Below are positions 10,223 to 23,960 of a DNA stretch of 64,000 nt, piece by piece. Origin of the DNA: Lophium mytilinum (taxonomy: Eukaryota); NCBI GenBank assembly GCA_010093605.1, contig MU004188.1, forward strand, positions 809,673 to 873,672. The letters are read 5' to 3'. The position numbers were made by a program, and so were the translations under genes. Numbering within the stretch: the stretch's first letter is position 1; each line of letters opens with the position of its first letter. The notes beneath the pieces are model-generated. The model was not told the DNA's origin. It worked only from the letters and a program-made list of their open reading frames with translations, and ran no database searches.

Positions 10223-12341
10223 ATGGCCTACTTCCTCTATAAATATCTCAAGAAGCGGGCTGCTCGGCGCAAAGCTGGCCAGACACCTGATACAGCGGAA
10301 CCGGGCTCTTTGATGCCTGATGTTCCAGGAGCTCAACACCAGAAGCCGGCCAAGACTCACAATGGCCTCGTTCAAGAAGGGAGTGCTACGACGGCCTCGA
10401 ACAGTCCTCAGCCTGTTGTCGATGAACAGGAAGCAGCACGCGTCAAAGCTGAGACAACTGCGAGGAGAAAGCATCGATGGATTATGATCGTTGGCTTAAT
10501 ACTTCCGAACTTCCTTGCAGCAGCTGATGCGACTATCATCGCGCCGGCGGTGCCTATTATATCGTCGCATTTCAGTGAGTATCCCTGCTTGACGACCGCA
10601 CTTTTTGAAAACTTATCTTCCCCATGATCGAACTTCAAGTCCCTTGGAACTTCATGTTCTAATCAAAGCACCAGACCACCTCGGCAGCGGGTTCAATTGG
10701 ATCGTGACTGCATATACCCTCACCCTTACTACCTTCGCTCCAACCTCTGGCCAAATCGCCGACATCTACGGCCGCCATGCAGCCCTCCAATTCCACATCT
10801 TCTGCATCATGATCGGCTCCGTCTTCTGCTCCGCTGCCAATTCATGGGGCATGCTCCTTTTCGGACGTGCTCTTACTGGTGTCGGCGGCGCGGGCATCAT
10901 GCTGCTCACGAAAGTAGTCCTGTCCGACAACGTCTCGCTCGCCGACAACTCAAAGAACAACTCCATCTTCAGCCTAGTCTCCGGGATCAGCTACGCAATT
11001 GGCCCCGTCATCGGCGGGTATCTCGCCCAAGCGAGCTGGAGGTACTGCTTTGTCGTCTCGATCCCCGTCGCGTTCGTCTCGCACCTCCTCATCTTCTTCC
11101 TGATGCGCAAAGACCTGGTCAAGGGGTCCGTCTACGGCTCTGGTTACGGTGGCTACGCCCGCGGCCTCCTGACCTTCGACTGGATCGGCACCATCCTCTT
11201 CATCTTCGGCGTCGGGCTCATCATCCTAGCCGTCATGTGGGGCGGCACCGAGTACGCGTGGTCATCCGCCGCCTTCATCGCCCCCATCACCATCGGCACC
11301 ATCCTCTTCATCCTCTTCTGGGCCCACGAGTTCCTCCTCGAGCCCGGCCGCGCCTTCGCCCGCACCTTCAAGCGCACCGTCGCCATGATCCCCTGGCACC
11401 TCTTCTCCAAACACGACACCTTCCACCTCATGACCATCAACTTCGCGTCCGGCGCCGCGCTGTACAGCGCCTTCTACTTCATCTCCATCTACTGGGAGAT
11501 CGCCGAGGGCTACTCGGCCAGCAAGGCCGGGGTGCAGCTGCTCTACTACACCCCCGGGCTCGGCGTCGGCGTCTACACCGCTATGTTTCTCTGCAACGTC
11601 TGGCCCGCGCAAACCTTCACGCCCCTTTTCTTCGGCAGCATCACCGAGTGCGCCGGACTCGCCGCGCTAATCTACGCCGTGAGCGTGCGCCACCGAGCGC
11701 TGGTGAACGGCATGATTGCCATCGCGGGCGTCGGGACAGGGCTGCGCTTTATGCCGCTCACCCTCCACGTTGCAGGGATCTGGCCGACGCGGTTGGCGGC
11801 GTGCATGAGCCTTATGAGCTTTGTGTTCCCGTTTGGCGGCACGATTGGTATCTCGATGATGGGCAGCGTGTTCTCAAATAAGTTTGATGAGTATGTGGGG
11901 AAGATAACGCCGCCATCGGGGCGGCCGGCTTATAACCCGCATGATTTGCAGAATTTGACGACGATTGCTTCGTTGCCGGCGGGCGTGCAGGAGGAGATTC
12001 AAAATGCGGGTGCGCAGGCTGTAAAGTGGGCGTTTATCAGCATTATGCCGTTCATGCTGCTTTCGATCATTGCCGCGGCCTTGTTGGGTAATGTTTGGAT
12101 CAAGAAGGGGGGATCGGGGGACAAAAATAAGAAGGGAGGAGTTATTTATGGGTCTTATCTGCTTGCTCTGGTAAAGGTATGTTCCCTAGTTGATCTTGTG
12201 TGAATGGTGCTAACAGACTTTCAGGGAACCATCGGAACAGAACGGGTGGAAAGAGATACTGTAGAGACGAATGAAAATGAAAAGAATAGACCGCTAGAAG
12301 GAGAAGGAAATGGTAGACAAGGGTACAGTGAAGTGGTTTGA
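10223..12341 (+). CDS. MFS transporter, 14-TM DHA2-like efflux family, 3 exons
   Basis: FLAAADATIIAPAVPIISSHF|NHLG..WIVTAY, GQIADIYGR (motif A), GRALTGVGGAG, GPVIGGYLA, FDWIGT; introns ~10576-10674 and ~12177-12224. Confidence 0.92.
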
Positions 12342-12598
12342 GAGTAGTTTTGTCTGTTCAGGTGTAAGATTATTTGTGGGATCGACGTCCGTCCCTTCAT
12401 TCTCAATTAGCGGAGAATTTAGTCTTGGACTTTAGAAGTTCCGTTTAACTTTTCGGTACTGCACCTCGACACGATGACAGACATTCTACCCACATTTCCG
12501 TTCGCGACACTGAAAACCTACCTCACTCGTACATCTAAGAAAACGCGTACATCGAACCTTAACTTCCTACTGCATCCTACCTACACGAGCCCTATCAA

Positions 12599-13951
12599 TC
12601 AATCACACACCCAACACAGCGTGTCCCGCGCTCCACATTGCAGCACTGAGTACGCTGGCCCCCCTCCGCCTAATCCCCCAAAGCCGTTTGCATTTAGCGC
12701 GACCCACTGCTCCGTCTCCTTGCCTTTCTTACCTTCTACTCGCTTCAGCACATCCAGATACAGCCGCCTCACGAAGATGGGCGGAATGAAGCCGTGCCAG
12801 CGTACATTCACTAGGTTACGCACTTCGGTACCGCCGTTCGCGCCGAATTCGGGTACTTCGTAGCGGCTGAGGTAGGGGTCGATGGAGTCGGAGGCGCACA
12901 GACGCGGGGAGGCTAGGGAGAGGAGGTGCAGATACTCGAGTAGAGACGCCGAGTCGTCGGGGTCGTAGAGGTCCGGGAGGCTGGCGGAGGAGAGCACGGG
13001 TACTTTTGTTGAGGGGAGGGGAGTGGTGGTTGGTTTCATAGTTCTGATGATGGGATGGAATGCAAATATTGGAGCTGCGAGTCGTTATATAAGCACTCTG
13101 GAGACAGGATATAATACCTGCACTTACCTGTCTCGTTGCTTTCATTGGAAGGCTGCAGGTCGTGGAAAAGCCATGTGAGGGAATCGTTAAGAACTCCTTG
13201 GCAGGCCCAGATAAGACGTTTGAAGCCGCGCTTGCCGTGTAGCATTGAGGGAGATCTGAGATCGAGCTCGATGACTGGGTGATGATCAGAATTAACGAGA
13301 CGATTCCAGATCTCAACGTGATGACAGACCATATCGCGCTTTCTTGTGTCTCTTTCCCCCGTCCTCGATGGGTTTTCCCACGAGGCCACACCGTTCGTAA
13401 GTCGGACGATCAAGTTCAATTCTCAGTATGCCTAGACCGAGGTGTTAGATTTGGCGATCTGCTGCTGATGGAGATCGTGCCTACCTTCATAAAGGGAAAA
13501 GACGTTGTCAACCGTCGGGCGGCCTTCTGAGAGCATCATGATGTTTCCTATATAATGTTGAGCCAGTGGTATATCTAAGGTCTGATATTACGGTTAGATG
13601 GGATACCTTTTTTGATATATTCTGTGAAGAAATCTTTCGATAACACCTCGAGCAACGTCATGTTCACTCGTGCATAACGTAGAGTTCCGGCATCGCCATC
13701 AAGTTCCTGCCGGCAAAGCTCGTAGATTTCTTCAGGAAGAACCAAGTCAAGCTAGTTCCATGTCATCAGCAGATTCCAGGGCGGGGCGTTGTGATTATTT
13801 GCCATACCGTATGAGTGAAGGGCTGGGTTAGGAAAATCGAAAAAGGTTTCTTCTTAGTAGGAGGCAGGGTTGGTTCAATATAGCTTGGAAGTAAGCTATG
13901 CGTGAAATAGCATTTTGAGTCCGGCGCTTTGTCATTTGGGAAGCTGAACAT
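12599..13951 (-). CDS. RPP40: Ribonuclease P/MRP 40 kDa subunit (Rpp40)
   Basis: Spliced product contains KCYFTHSLLP, GNIMMLSEGRPTVDNVFSL, ILRIELDRPTYERCGLVGKP, ELDLRSPSMLHGKRGF, LASPRL-DSIDPYLSRY, VRWHGFIP. Confidence 0.85.
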
Positions 13952-14475
13952 GATGGAAGCTGCGTCTTATTTTCGAAGTGCGAGATGGACGATGTTGCGG
14001 GAAGAATCCCGCTCACTGGTTCATAGGTTCGCACTAGCAGCCCTACAAGGCTTAGCACAAACTAACCTTAAGTAGTAATTGAGGTGAATCATCTGCTTAT
14101 CAGTCTGAAATATTTCACTTTAATGCACGGTTCTGCTATCACGGAGAGAATTACCAATGTTTCAAGATGATTCAGCTATAAACTACTATGTAGTCCTGGG
14201 ACAGGTCGCCTTTTCAGAACCTCATCAGACTTTGCGTCAACTCATATCCCCGAAGACAAGGAGAAGACCAATTGCACAGCTTTGTGTGATTGTTAGACGC
14301 TTCCGGACTTAAGCCGCTCCGAAAACCGTATCCATGAATCCAGAGTCTGGTATACTACACATAGCCAAAACGCCTACCTCAAAAATGCATAAGCCCAGCA
14401 TATGCAACCCCACCAATGCAGTATACTGAAAAGCGACCAAAAGGCTGTCATAAAAAGAACCAGAACGGAATTGGC

Positions 14476-17198
14476 TCAATAGACGTCACCGAAACCGTTC
14501 GAGTGAGGCCTCTCTGGCGTCATCTTCTTAGTAGGCGGACTCATGATTTGAGGGCTCGTACGAGGCGAAAGAGCCTTAATCGGCGGCAAGATTGGTGTTT
14601 CGGAGATACTATGGCTAGATAACGGCCTCGTGAAGTCGTGCTTCTCTGGGGAAATCCCAGCAGCGGAATCGGGCAGAATTTGAGCTGGCGAAGATGGAAT
14701 GTTGGCCGGCATAGGAGAGTTAGGAAGCGGGGAGCTATGCTTCGTCGGAGAATATGAGGGCCGCTGAGCTGAGCTCGGAGGAAATGAAGCGCTCGGGCTT
14801 TGGGTGAAGGACATTGATACTGGCCGCCCATTGCTCTGATGAGGAGATATTGGAGGCTGCTGCTTCATCGGCGATGCGTTGTTGGCACCACCATTTGCCG
14901 AGGGTGGCCCGGGCTGGCTGAAGGAGTTTGTGAACGGATCCTGAGCAATGCTGCGGAAGGAAGAGTTTGGTGTGGCGTAAGGGCTTCCATTGAATTGAGG
15001 GATAGCACGTGGCTGATTGTTGTATGCAAATGCATCAGGCTGTCGTGGAGCCTGCCACTGTGGCGGGGATGAGTTGGCGAGACCGTTGTACAATGAGTAG
15101 CCTTGTTGGTTGGGTGAGGGACGAGAGGCGCCGTTAAGACCATTCTGTGCTCCTCCATATGCAGCCTCAGAACGATGGATGCCTGGGGGTCCCTGGGCTT
15201 GTCCGCGTGGAGACAGGCTGGGGCCATTCACAAATGGCTGAGAAGGTCTAGGCGACTCGCCTATTACCCGAGGCGATGGAATTTGGACTGCGGCTAGTTG
15301 ACGTGGAGAAAATTGTGGAGTTCCAAACGGTGGCCCGCCGTTTGTATGGGAAATATTGGCAGGATCAGATGTACCCGCAGTTTTGGGAGAGGCTGATGAG
15401 CTCAGCCGGAACCTGAGCGGTGGGAGTTTAGGCTTGTTCGCGTCTTCGGCTTTCCTCTTGCAGTCCTTGCAGATGAAGATGAAGTCGGGGCTTTCAACTT
15501 GAGCGACAGTAAGCTTGAGGCACTTCGTGTGTTGCCACACTTTGCACTTCTCACAAGAGACACTGTGAGCGCCATCGTCCTGCGTTGGGTTGGTTAGCAA
15601 TGAGTAAAGGGCAATGATAGATAGGATACTTACCAGATTCTCGCCATGCAGACCGCAAACCGAGCAATCGAACACCCAATCGTCCTCTTCCAACTTTTCG
15701 AGCTCCTTCTTGTTCCTCTCCATTTCGTTCTTGAGATGACGCTCAGAAAGACGAGCTTCGTTGGTCTCGAGTTTGAGGCTATCTTCCTCCAATTTCTTGA
15801 GCTCCTCTTCGTGGAGGATTCGCTTCACCTCGCGTTCTTTCAAGCGTTGCTCACGGGTCATCATGCGAGACTCACGAGCCTAGTTTATGTCAGTGCGAGG
15901 ATGGGGTTGACGTGGTAGATTGACACTCACTTCTTCCATTTTACGTTGCTTTTCCTGTTCTTTCTTCGCCATGACCAAGTCTGCTTGCCGCTTCCTCTCG
16001 GCCTCCGCCGCATCCTCTTCTTTCTTGCGTGCATCCGTCTTCGCAGATATCCTGCTCGACCGTTTTGCAACTGCGAGTTTCGATAGGATCTCGAGTTCCT
16101 TCTGCCTCTTCACCTCCTCTCGCTGTTGTTCTTCCACCTTACGCTCCATGATCGGCAACACATCGTCCTGGAGGCTCTGGTACATAGCCTTCTCGTTCGG
16201 ATCTCGGCTGCGACGGATGCTCTCCATAAACTCCTGATAGTCCGCCATGTTGATACACAAGCACTCCCACTTCATGCCTCCAAAACCGTCATCTTCCGGT
16301 TCCTGGACTTCAGTGATGGTCTCATCCTCCTGTTCTTCCACCTCTTCAGGCTCAGGTGTGGAAAGCTTCCTACGCTTGCTTCCTCGAGTACCCTTGGACT
16401 TCTTCGCCTTGGCCTTCGGCTTCGCTTTAGATGGCGGGGGTGGTGGAGGCGGATCCGTGCGTCGGTAGAGTCGGTCGTCGTCGAAGACAAAGTATGTGCG
16501 ATCTTCAGAATCCCATCCAAAAGGCTCCATGCGCTGCGAGTGAGGTTAGTAGGTACGATCTGACTGTCGACCTACGAGCCACTTACCCAATTCGCTTGCT
16601 CAGCATCCGTCGCGCCAATCCGCTCTCGAATACGGTCTGCATTATGTAGAGTCCACACAGAGAGTTGCTGCAGTACGCGAATCTTGGTGAAGACGTCAAA
16701 GTTCTCGAAATTCGTTGTGAGTTCCTCTGGCGTGCCAAAGGGGTTGCGGTGGGGCGCCTTTTGCTTGTATTGTCTATAGGTGAATTCATCGAAGTTGTCA
16801 GGTCTATGGGTGTTAGCATCATGCTTGGTGGTACAGTAGTCTAGAGTACTCACGTCAGGCCCTTGTTGGATGATACGAACTTCAGCAGTGAGAGGCCAAT
16901 ATGCGCCAGCACTTGCGAAGGCTGAGGTCTTAGACACTCAGTCTCAAGCGTCTACAGATATATTAGCATCAAATCCATCTCAAAGGTTACGCGGCGCAAG
17001 GGTCCAGGAGTGTATGGGGTGTGTAAGTACCTCGATGGTGATGTTTTCGTCGATCTTGACTGCCTTGCCGAACAGAAAGATGTATTGCATCAGGTTGGCG
17101 AACTCCCACATATTGCGGAGTCTATCCAGCATGCTAGGGGGCTCCTTCGACGGTTCCTCAGCCTCCATCTCTCCGCGTCCTCGCTTGCGGGAGACCAT
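14476..17198 (-). CDS. PHD-finger chromatin protein (WHIM-type N-terminal region, coiled coil, Pro/Ser/Gln-rich tail)
   Basis: Start MVSRKRGR; LRNMWEFANLMQYIFLFG; FGWDSEDRTYFVFDDDRLYR; PHD finger CSVCG...CEKCKVWQHTKC...CKDC; several GT-AG introns. Confidence 0.85.
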
Positions 17199-18079
17199 TT
17201 TGACGGAGCGTGCCGTGCGGCGACGCGTGAATGATGACGATAGAACAAGGGGAGGGGGCGACGTGTGTATGCCGGGAGGTGTAGAGGGAAAAGACAAGTG
17301 TCTGAGAGGGTGTTGTTCCTGGTGTAAGTGTGGAGTTGGGGGTAGAGGCGTGGTGATGCGGCTGTCGGTGGTGATGAATGGGAGATCGAACAAATCTCGC
17401 GTTCAGCCAGACAGGCCAGGAAAGTAGGGCTTGGCACGCCTCCCGATTCAGGTACGCCCGCGCCGATCTGCAGGACAAGCAGTGCTGGGGCGATGCGCGC
17501 TCTTTGTCGCCGTGTGATGGGTTTGCAGGGTGTGCAGGTGTGTTTGGCTCTTTAGATGTGCGTACCTAGAAGAATGTGTTGCATTGAAGTGAAATGCTAT
17601 TCTATCTCTCTACTGGGGCATTTTAAGCAGCCCGTGGGTCCGCGTTTAAAGTGCCTATTGCGCTAGTATATCTCGGGCAAAGCGCTACCACGGCCCGAAG
17701 GGTCACGTGTTTTATGGAGTATCGTATCTCAGTAACCTCAACCGCTTTTTCGAGGAATTTCGAAGCGGTGCCAGCCTCACCGGTCCGGATGCCCTGGGCA
17801 TTTCATCTTCTTTCGAGGCTTCATATCACCGTCGTCAAAGACCGAGACGGCCAGAAACATTCGATCGAGCAGTTCTAACGATCCTCAGGAGCTAGGTACG
17901 CTAAACGGCCTCTGGTGAGACTATGGGCAACTACATGTGCGCGGGGGGTCTCTTACCCCTCATTCCTTTCCATTTCCTTTGCCCTGAGAGGTTTGACTCT
18001 GTGGACAACATCTGATATACTTGATGTGTTGCAAAATCGATCTTCATATCCAAACCTTCGAACTGCAATCATCACCGAA

Positions 18080-19006
18080 ATGTCTGACCTAGATGCAACG
18101 ACACCTCGAGTATTCCTCGCTCGCCATGGTCGGTGTCGCCGTCTACCTAGCCATCTGCCCATTGCTCGTCTAACTACATGCTAGGAGAAACGGAATGGAC
18201 TAAGAACGGACGCTTCACGGGAGCAACCGAGCTGGATCTTACCCCCGCAGGCGTTGACCAAGTTGCAAGCACAGCAGCCTTACTTGTTGGCCCAGGGAAG
18301 CTGATCGATCCAGCCCGAGTCGTGCGCATATTTGTCAGTCCACGCAAACGCACGAAACAGACCTTCAAGCATCTTTTCGGTAGCTCTGAGATCACTATCA
18401 CTCATGACAGAGTCACTCTGACGGAAGATATCACCGAGTGGGACTATGGCGACTATGAGGGATTGTTAGAGGGTCAAATCAGGGCGGATAGGGCGGAAAG
18501 GGGGCTGGATAAGGAGAAAAGGTGGGACATTTGGAGGGACGGGTGTGAGGGTGGAGAGTAAGTGGCTCTTCCGTAACTTCCAACTTTTCCTAGACGTTGC
18601 TGATATACTTTATAGGACTGGACAACAGGTGACGGAGAGACTGGACAGATCAATATCTACGATTCGCGATATTCAACGGCCGCACATGCATGGCGAGATG
18701 GCTGCGGACGTTGTCTTGGTATGATCTAAATACATCCTATCTTTTCGTTGCTCTCGAGTTGACCTTCATTTGTAGGTCGCACATGGTCTTATACTTCGCT
18801 GCTTCGTGAAGAGGTGGCTAGGATATCCCCTGGACATGCCGTTGCAGATGATGTTGTCGCCAGGGGCGATTGGGATTCTTAGGTATGAGCTTGGTTTTAA
18901 GACGGTCAAGGCGTGAGATGCTGACACAATGAGTTTCAGCTATAAGAAGCATGATATTGAAGAGCCAGCATTCTTCATTGGGATGTCGATCCCGTTCGAG
19001 GTATAG
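18080..19006 (+). CDS. SHB17: Histidine phosphatase, sedoheptulose-1,7-bisphosphatase-like (phosphoglycerate mutase family)
   Basis: TPRVFLARHG|ETEWTKNGRFTGATELDLT, SPRKR, EWDYGDYEGL, WDIWRDGCEGGE, VAHGLILRCF; four short introns. Confidence 0.85.
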
Positions 19007-20401
19007 ACACTAGACAGAGTATGAAATCAGATGAAGTTGAAATATTATGGATTTTCTTCATCCTTTCCGTTTTCAAAAAGGTACAGTTTGTCCGCTCCGT
19101 GCGTATAAAGGTCCAGCTCAGGTTGAAAAGGTAGTGGTGTTGGTGATATGTAGTAGTGAACACTCGACCTTTTTATAGACCCAAAATACCTACAGAAAAT
19201 AGGATTAGTGTATCAAGACGATGATAAGTCAGCATGGATCAAGAGTTAAGGTATACAAGCAGGGCTGCCGTTCAATCAATCAATCACCTTGGCCTCTCGC
19301 ACTCTCGGGAGGGCGCCGAGTACGATAAAGCTGCGGCTAGGTCTCAGTTCAATCCTTCCACTTATATCCAAATCCAGTCCCAGCATGGAAGCCAGGTATA
19401 CATCGTGAGGAAGCATCAGTACCCGAAATCTACTGTGCTTAGGCCAGAAGAGACACTTGGTTTAGGACGACTGCATGCACGAAATATTGGGTCCACTCAT
19501 ACGGGAGACAAGATAGCTTGACTACAGCAAGCTCTCGTACGTAGGGATAGAGAAGAGTAAACGTGGAGCAGCAAAACGTGAGACATTGGGGCTTTGGAGG
19601 CCAGACAGCGGGAACTGTAAAAGGACTATGCTAATGACGAAACCACGAAAGTGACTGAGCCTTCTGAGCCTGAGAAACGAGAGAAGGAAAGGAAGACTGC
19701 ATACCTCTAGCGATCGTGCATGAGCAGTGGAGTTGGAGTGGAGCAAAGTGGAGACGAAATAGTGAGGAATTCTCCGATTACGCTTCAACAACACACCATG
19801 CAGCGTGATCCCACATATCACAGCCGTCGCTTTACTCAACAAGTCGGACAAGGGGATTAGAACAAGTATAGATAGGAACTCGCTTCACTTGGTAGGGCTG
19901 ACCCAAGTTCAGCATTGTGGGGTCGGGGAAAGACGCAACTTCTGGCGTGTCGTACGGACCCTCCGGTCAGCCTCGAGATTCTTTGAAGCTCGGTGCTTAC
20001 TGTCCGAGAGGCCTCTGTCCAAGAAATAATGGCTCATGCTTCGGCGTCAGGCCCCCTCGACAGTCCTGGGGGAAGGGGTGGCAGTCCCTAATTGATAGTA
20101 CTTTCCGATGCTACCGTGTTAGCCAAGACATCCCAACAGTCATGGGTTGGCGACGGAGCGGAGAATATCGAGCGATGGGCGCTCCAAGATATCGGCAGAT
20201 CATCGAAGCGACCACTATCGGATCTAGATGGCAGGTGCCGGCACTAGGCAGTACATAGTCCTGAGATCTAGCGGAACCCGTGGTGAGCGGAGCATCGGGT
20301 GGAGACGGGGTACCGGGCTGGATGCCAAGCACGATAGATGAAGCCTGGGGTGGAGACGACCAAGAGACGGGTGAGTTGGCACGCGGCTGTGTCGGCCTCT
20401 A

Positions 20402-21868
20402 CCGCGGAGTAATAACCTCCGTTTTTAAGGCACGGGCCCCAACACCAAATAGCCCCTGATTCTCACGAATCAAGATCATAACAATGCACACAACAACATC
20501 AATTCTCACCCAAATCAATCCATTTTGATGCTAAATCATGCCTCAAGTTCTAAAGCCCACATCTACGCGAAAATCTCAAGCGCGCCACTTTACGCCGCCG
20601 TCTGATCTTGTCTACAGCGATAGAAACAAGGAGAACTATACAATTCCAAAGACACTACAGCGCTGTAGTGTTTTCTGGGGCAAGCTCTTTAGACAATACT
20701 GGGGTAGAACCGCTACAGCTAATATTATTTAGCATGTTACTGGTGTTTCCAAGGACTCTTAGAAGACAATTCTAGACTTAAATGAGATTAGATCACATCA
20801 CAACTAAGGGGAGGAGAAGAGAGGTCGCAAAAGAGCTCTTTCTCCCACCGACACTAAGAGAATTGGCAGCCTCATTCGAGATCATGATATACCTAAGAGA
20901 ATCAAGTCATCACCGTGGCAGGATCTAGCCCGGCATGCCGGCTGTGAGCCTGGAGAAACCTGGCATTTTAAGCCCCTAGAATACCGAGAGGTGGAGCCCC
21001 AATCAATACAAAAAGCTGTTGGAAAAGATGAAGATATTAGCAACTATATTATAGAGGAAGAGAAGCTTCTTCCACCTTATATTGCTAAGGCAAGAAAGGA
21101 TTAGATTAGGGTAAATTTGGAGGAAAGGCCCAAGTTAATTAATTGGTTTAATACCGCCCATTATAATAAATTCTACTTTAGTCTTGGGCCAGAAGAAACC
21201 CACAGAATCAAGAGACCAAAAGGGAAGGCCTGGCGCTATAAACTAGACTTTATTTACCGGAAGAAGGTTACCAAGAAGGATGAGAAGGTAAAAGTAAGAG
21301 GAGATAACCCAGAAGGGCCATTCAAAACCTTCTTAGTATTTGTGATTGTTGGCTACAACTACCGTAGGTATATTAAGTATAATGCTGGCAATTTAAATGG
21401 CAAGATGTCTTTAAAGTATTTCACAGAACAGATTCTCTCGGTGTTAAAGGAGGATCCTAAATAGGTGAAGCAGAATCTTACTTTAATTTAGGATGGTGAT
21501 TCTGGGCACAAGGCAATTGCTACCATGGCCTGGGTACACAAGAATGACTTTAAGATCCTTACGCTGCCGCCCTATTTACCAGACTTCTCAATCATAGAGA
21601 CTTGGGCTGCTCCTATAAAGAAGAAGTTCCATAGAAGGAGAATTAAGAGGTAGAATGAGGCATTAGCACGGTTTAAACAGGTGTTTGAGAATGAGATTAA
21701 TTAAGCTGGCATTTAGAATTGCTTCAGGTATTACACTAAGCGGCTGCACGATTGTATGAGAGCAGATGGGCAAATGACACAGTATTGAATTGATGAAGTT
21801 GTGGTGATTTCAGGGGCTTTTTTGGTGTTGGGGCCCGTGCCTTAAAAACGGAGGTTATTACTCCGCGG
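20402..21868 (+). mobile_element. Tc1/mariner-superfamily DNA transposon (DD34E), RIP-inactivated
   Basis: 48-bp perfect TIRs (20402-20449 and 21821-21868) starting CCGCGGAGTAATAACC; TA on both sides (20400-20401, 21869-21870); internal transposase relic. Confidence 0.93.
20538..21788 (+). pseudogene. Tc1-type transposase pseudogene
   Basis: From ATG 20538 with multiple TAA/TAG stops. LI*DGDSGHK...LPPYLPDFSIIE has exactly 34 residues between D and E. The first catalytic DE appears converted to NK (AATAAA), consistent with G->A transitions. Confidence 0.88.
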
Positions 21869-22569
21869 TAGAGGTCGGCCCAAGGGCGGGATATGTCTTT
21901 GACAACTGCGCTGGTCAGAGCGCCCGTGTCACTGTTAAGGCTCACCGTAAGAGGAGCCGGGTTGCTGGGCCGATGAGAAAACGGCTGGGGGATGAGTGGT
22001 GAGGGCAGGGCGGCATGGTGTTGAAGCCGGGTGGCCTAAAAATACACAGACACGCTGCAAGCTTCCCTGCTCGCCATGCACGAGCTGATTCGCCGGGACC
22101 TTTGATAGCTCGTATCGGCCGGGATCGTCTCTCTCACTCAATACGGGCCTGCAGCTCCACCGCATCAACCCCGCCGGCACATCCACCAGCCAGCTTGCTT
22201 GTCTTGAAGAGCTGTAGCGGTGCAAACAGGCTGCTGCAACGCCGTCATCACGTAGCTTCTTCTGCTCTGAGCATGCCGCGCCGTTGTCTCCTCCTATCCC
22301 GTGTCGGCGGCTGGTCGAGCAAGACCACCTCGCTCCAGACTACCGAGTGCGTGCTATTTGCCCGGGCCTGAAGCCTGATAACAACCCTGCGGCTTCTGCG
22401 TCCGGGATGAGGGGATTTGACCAAGGCCGTGGGAGCCCTAGCTACGAGCTGTCGGTACGAGCAAGCAGATCCAGGTTCGTGTTGCACAGGTTCATAAGCT
22501 CCTCTTCCCCGTCGTCAATTGCAACCCCAAGCAGTCAACTTTCGTTCGAGACCTCTCGTTTAGTTCAAT

Positions 22570-23960
22570 ATGCCTTCCATTCGCTGTTATGTTTTCTCTG
22601 CTTTGGCAGCTATTGTGTCTTTAGCATCGGCTGGTCAGACCTGCGACGCATTTGGCATTGACTACGTGGACGGAGGTTCCTACTTTATCAACACTCTCTC
22701 ACAAGACGATTTCACCTTCGTCACTGAGTTCGAAGGATGCAACGATGATATTGCCAATACTATGCTCGTTCCCCCGGACGATGCGCCGGACAACGATGAG
22801 ATTATCTGCAGTGATATCGACACTACCGACGTCGACGATACCCCGGAGATGGCAACATGTCCAATCAAGAAATCTGAAATGGTTTCAGGAGGCTGGATTA
22901 TCCTCGTTATGGGCAACAATAACGGTGGCGACCCGTTTGCCTATGAGAGAGGTACACAAGCCTAGCAAGTCGTGGGAGGCCATCTCAGCTAACTCCATTC
23001 ACAGATATCACGCTCGACTGTGGACCGCAAGTCACTGCTACCGTCACTCCTACGGTTACGTATAATATCACGGTCACGCCGACTTCTACATCCACAATTT
23101 GGTCTACTGTGACAAACACGACGACCTTCGGACCCACGGCAACCTTCACGGTTCCGTCTAAAACTGCTCATTACACGAAGACAGTTACCCCTGCACCTGT
23201 CTATACCACACAGACCTGGACTGTCACCAGGCACCGGCTTACTTGGACAAAGACGCAAACAATCAAGACAACCACTGCTACCGCTAGCTGCACGGTACCA
23301 CCTAGGCCACAATGGCCCGACAAGACTTGCACATACTCACCCACCAAGCTCCATCCAAAGGCCCTAGAAACCGGGAAGCCGAACAAGAAGCAGACAAGCG
23401 GATGGCACTGGCGTGGCGCTGCACGCGCTGTCAATGTCGAGGAGGCTCGCCGCCGATTCGACGCTGCGCAGAAGAAGCGTGACATGAAGGAGCGCGCCGC
23501 TGTTCAAGTTGAGGAGCGCGCCCCAGACGCGCCGACGGTCTATGTGACTTACAGCGTTGCCGTGAATGTCACTTCGACACTCACAGCGGCTCCCACCACC
23601 ACTACGGAGACCGATCTGACCACGACCGTAACGTCGACGTAAGTACTAAAAGATCCCCAATAAGATTCGGCTGAAGCTAATATATACCTGCAGCACTTTG
23701 CCTCCGGTCACAGTCTTTTCGGGCATCTACACCTCCACCATCACGCTACCCACGAAGACCAAGACCAAGAAGACGATCGCCTATACCACCCTTTATACCA
23801 CCAAGACCATCCATGCTACGTAAGAGCTTCCTTGATCCGACCCTCAATGACAAGCACTAATTCTCTGTACAGATGGACGCTCACTAAGACCGTGACTCCT
23901 ACTGCTGTGGTATCATCCTGCAAAACGCGCGGCGGTCATTGGGGCCCAGGCCGCTGGTAG
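22570..23960 (+). CDS. Secreted protein: acidic Cys-containing N-terminal domain and Thr-rich C-terminal half, 4 exons
   Basis: Signal peptide MPSIRCYVFSALAAIVSLASAG; CDAFGIDYVDGGSYFIN...C..C..C; Thr-rich exons; KKR/ER motifs before APDAPT; stop at 23958-23960. Confidence 0.85.

Noticed and set aside
10697..11881. 394-aa Arg/His/Pro-rich ORF overlapping the MFS gene
   Set aside because: Shadow frame produced by C-ending codon bias; no independent features.
19900..22050. Hypothesis that the Tc1 element interrupts a minus-strand gene (intron-like GTGAGC..CTGAC..CAG near 21908-21946)
   Set aside because: Rejoining the flanks gave no convincing protein in any frame.
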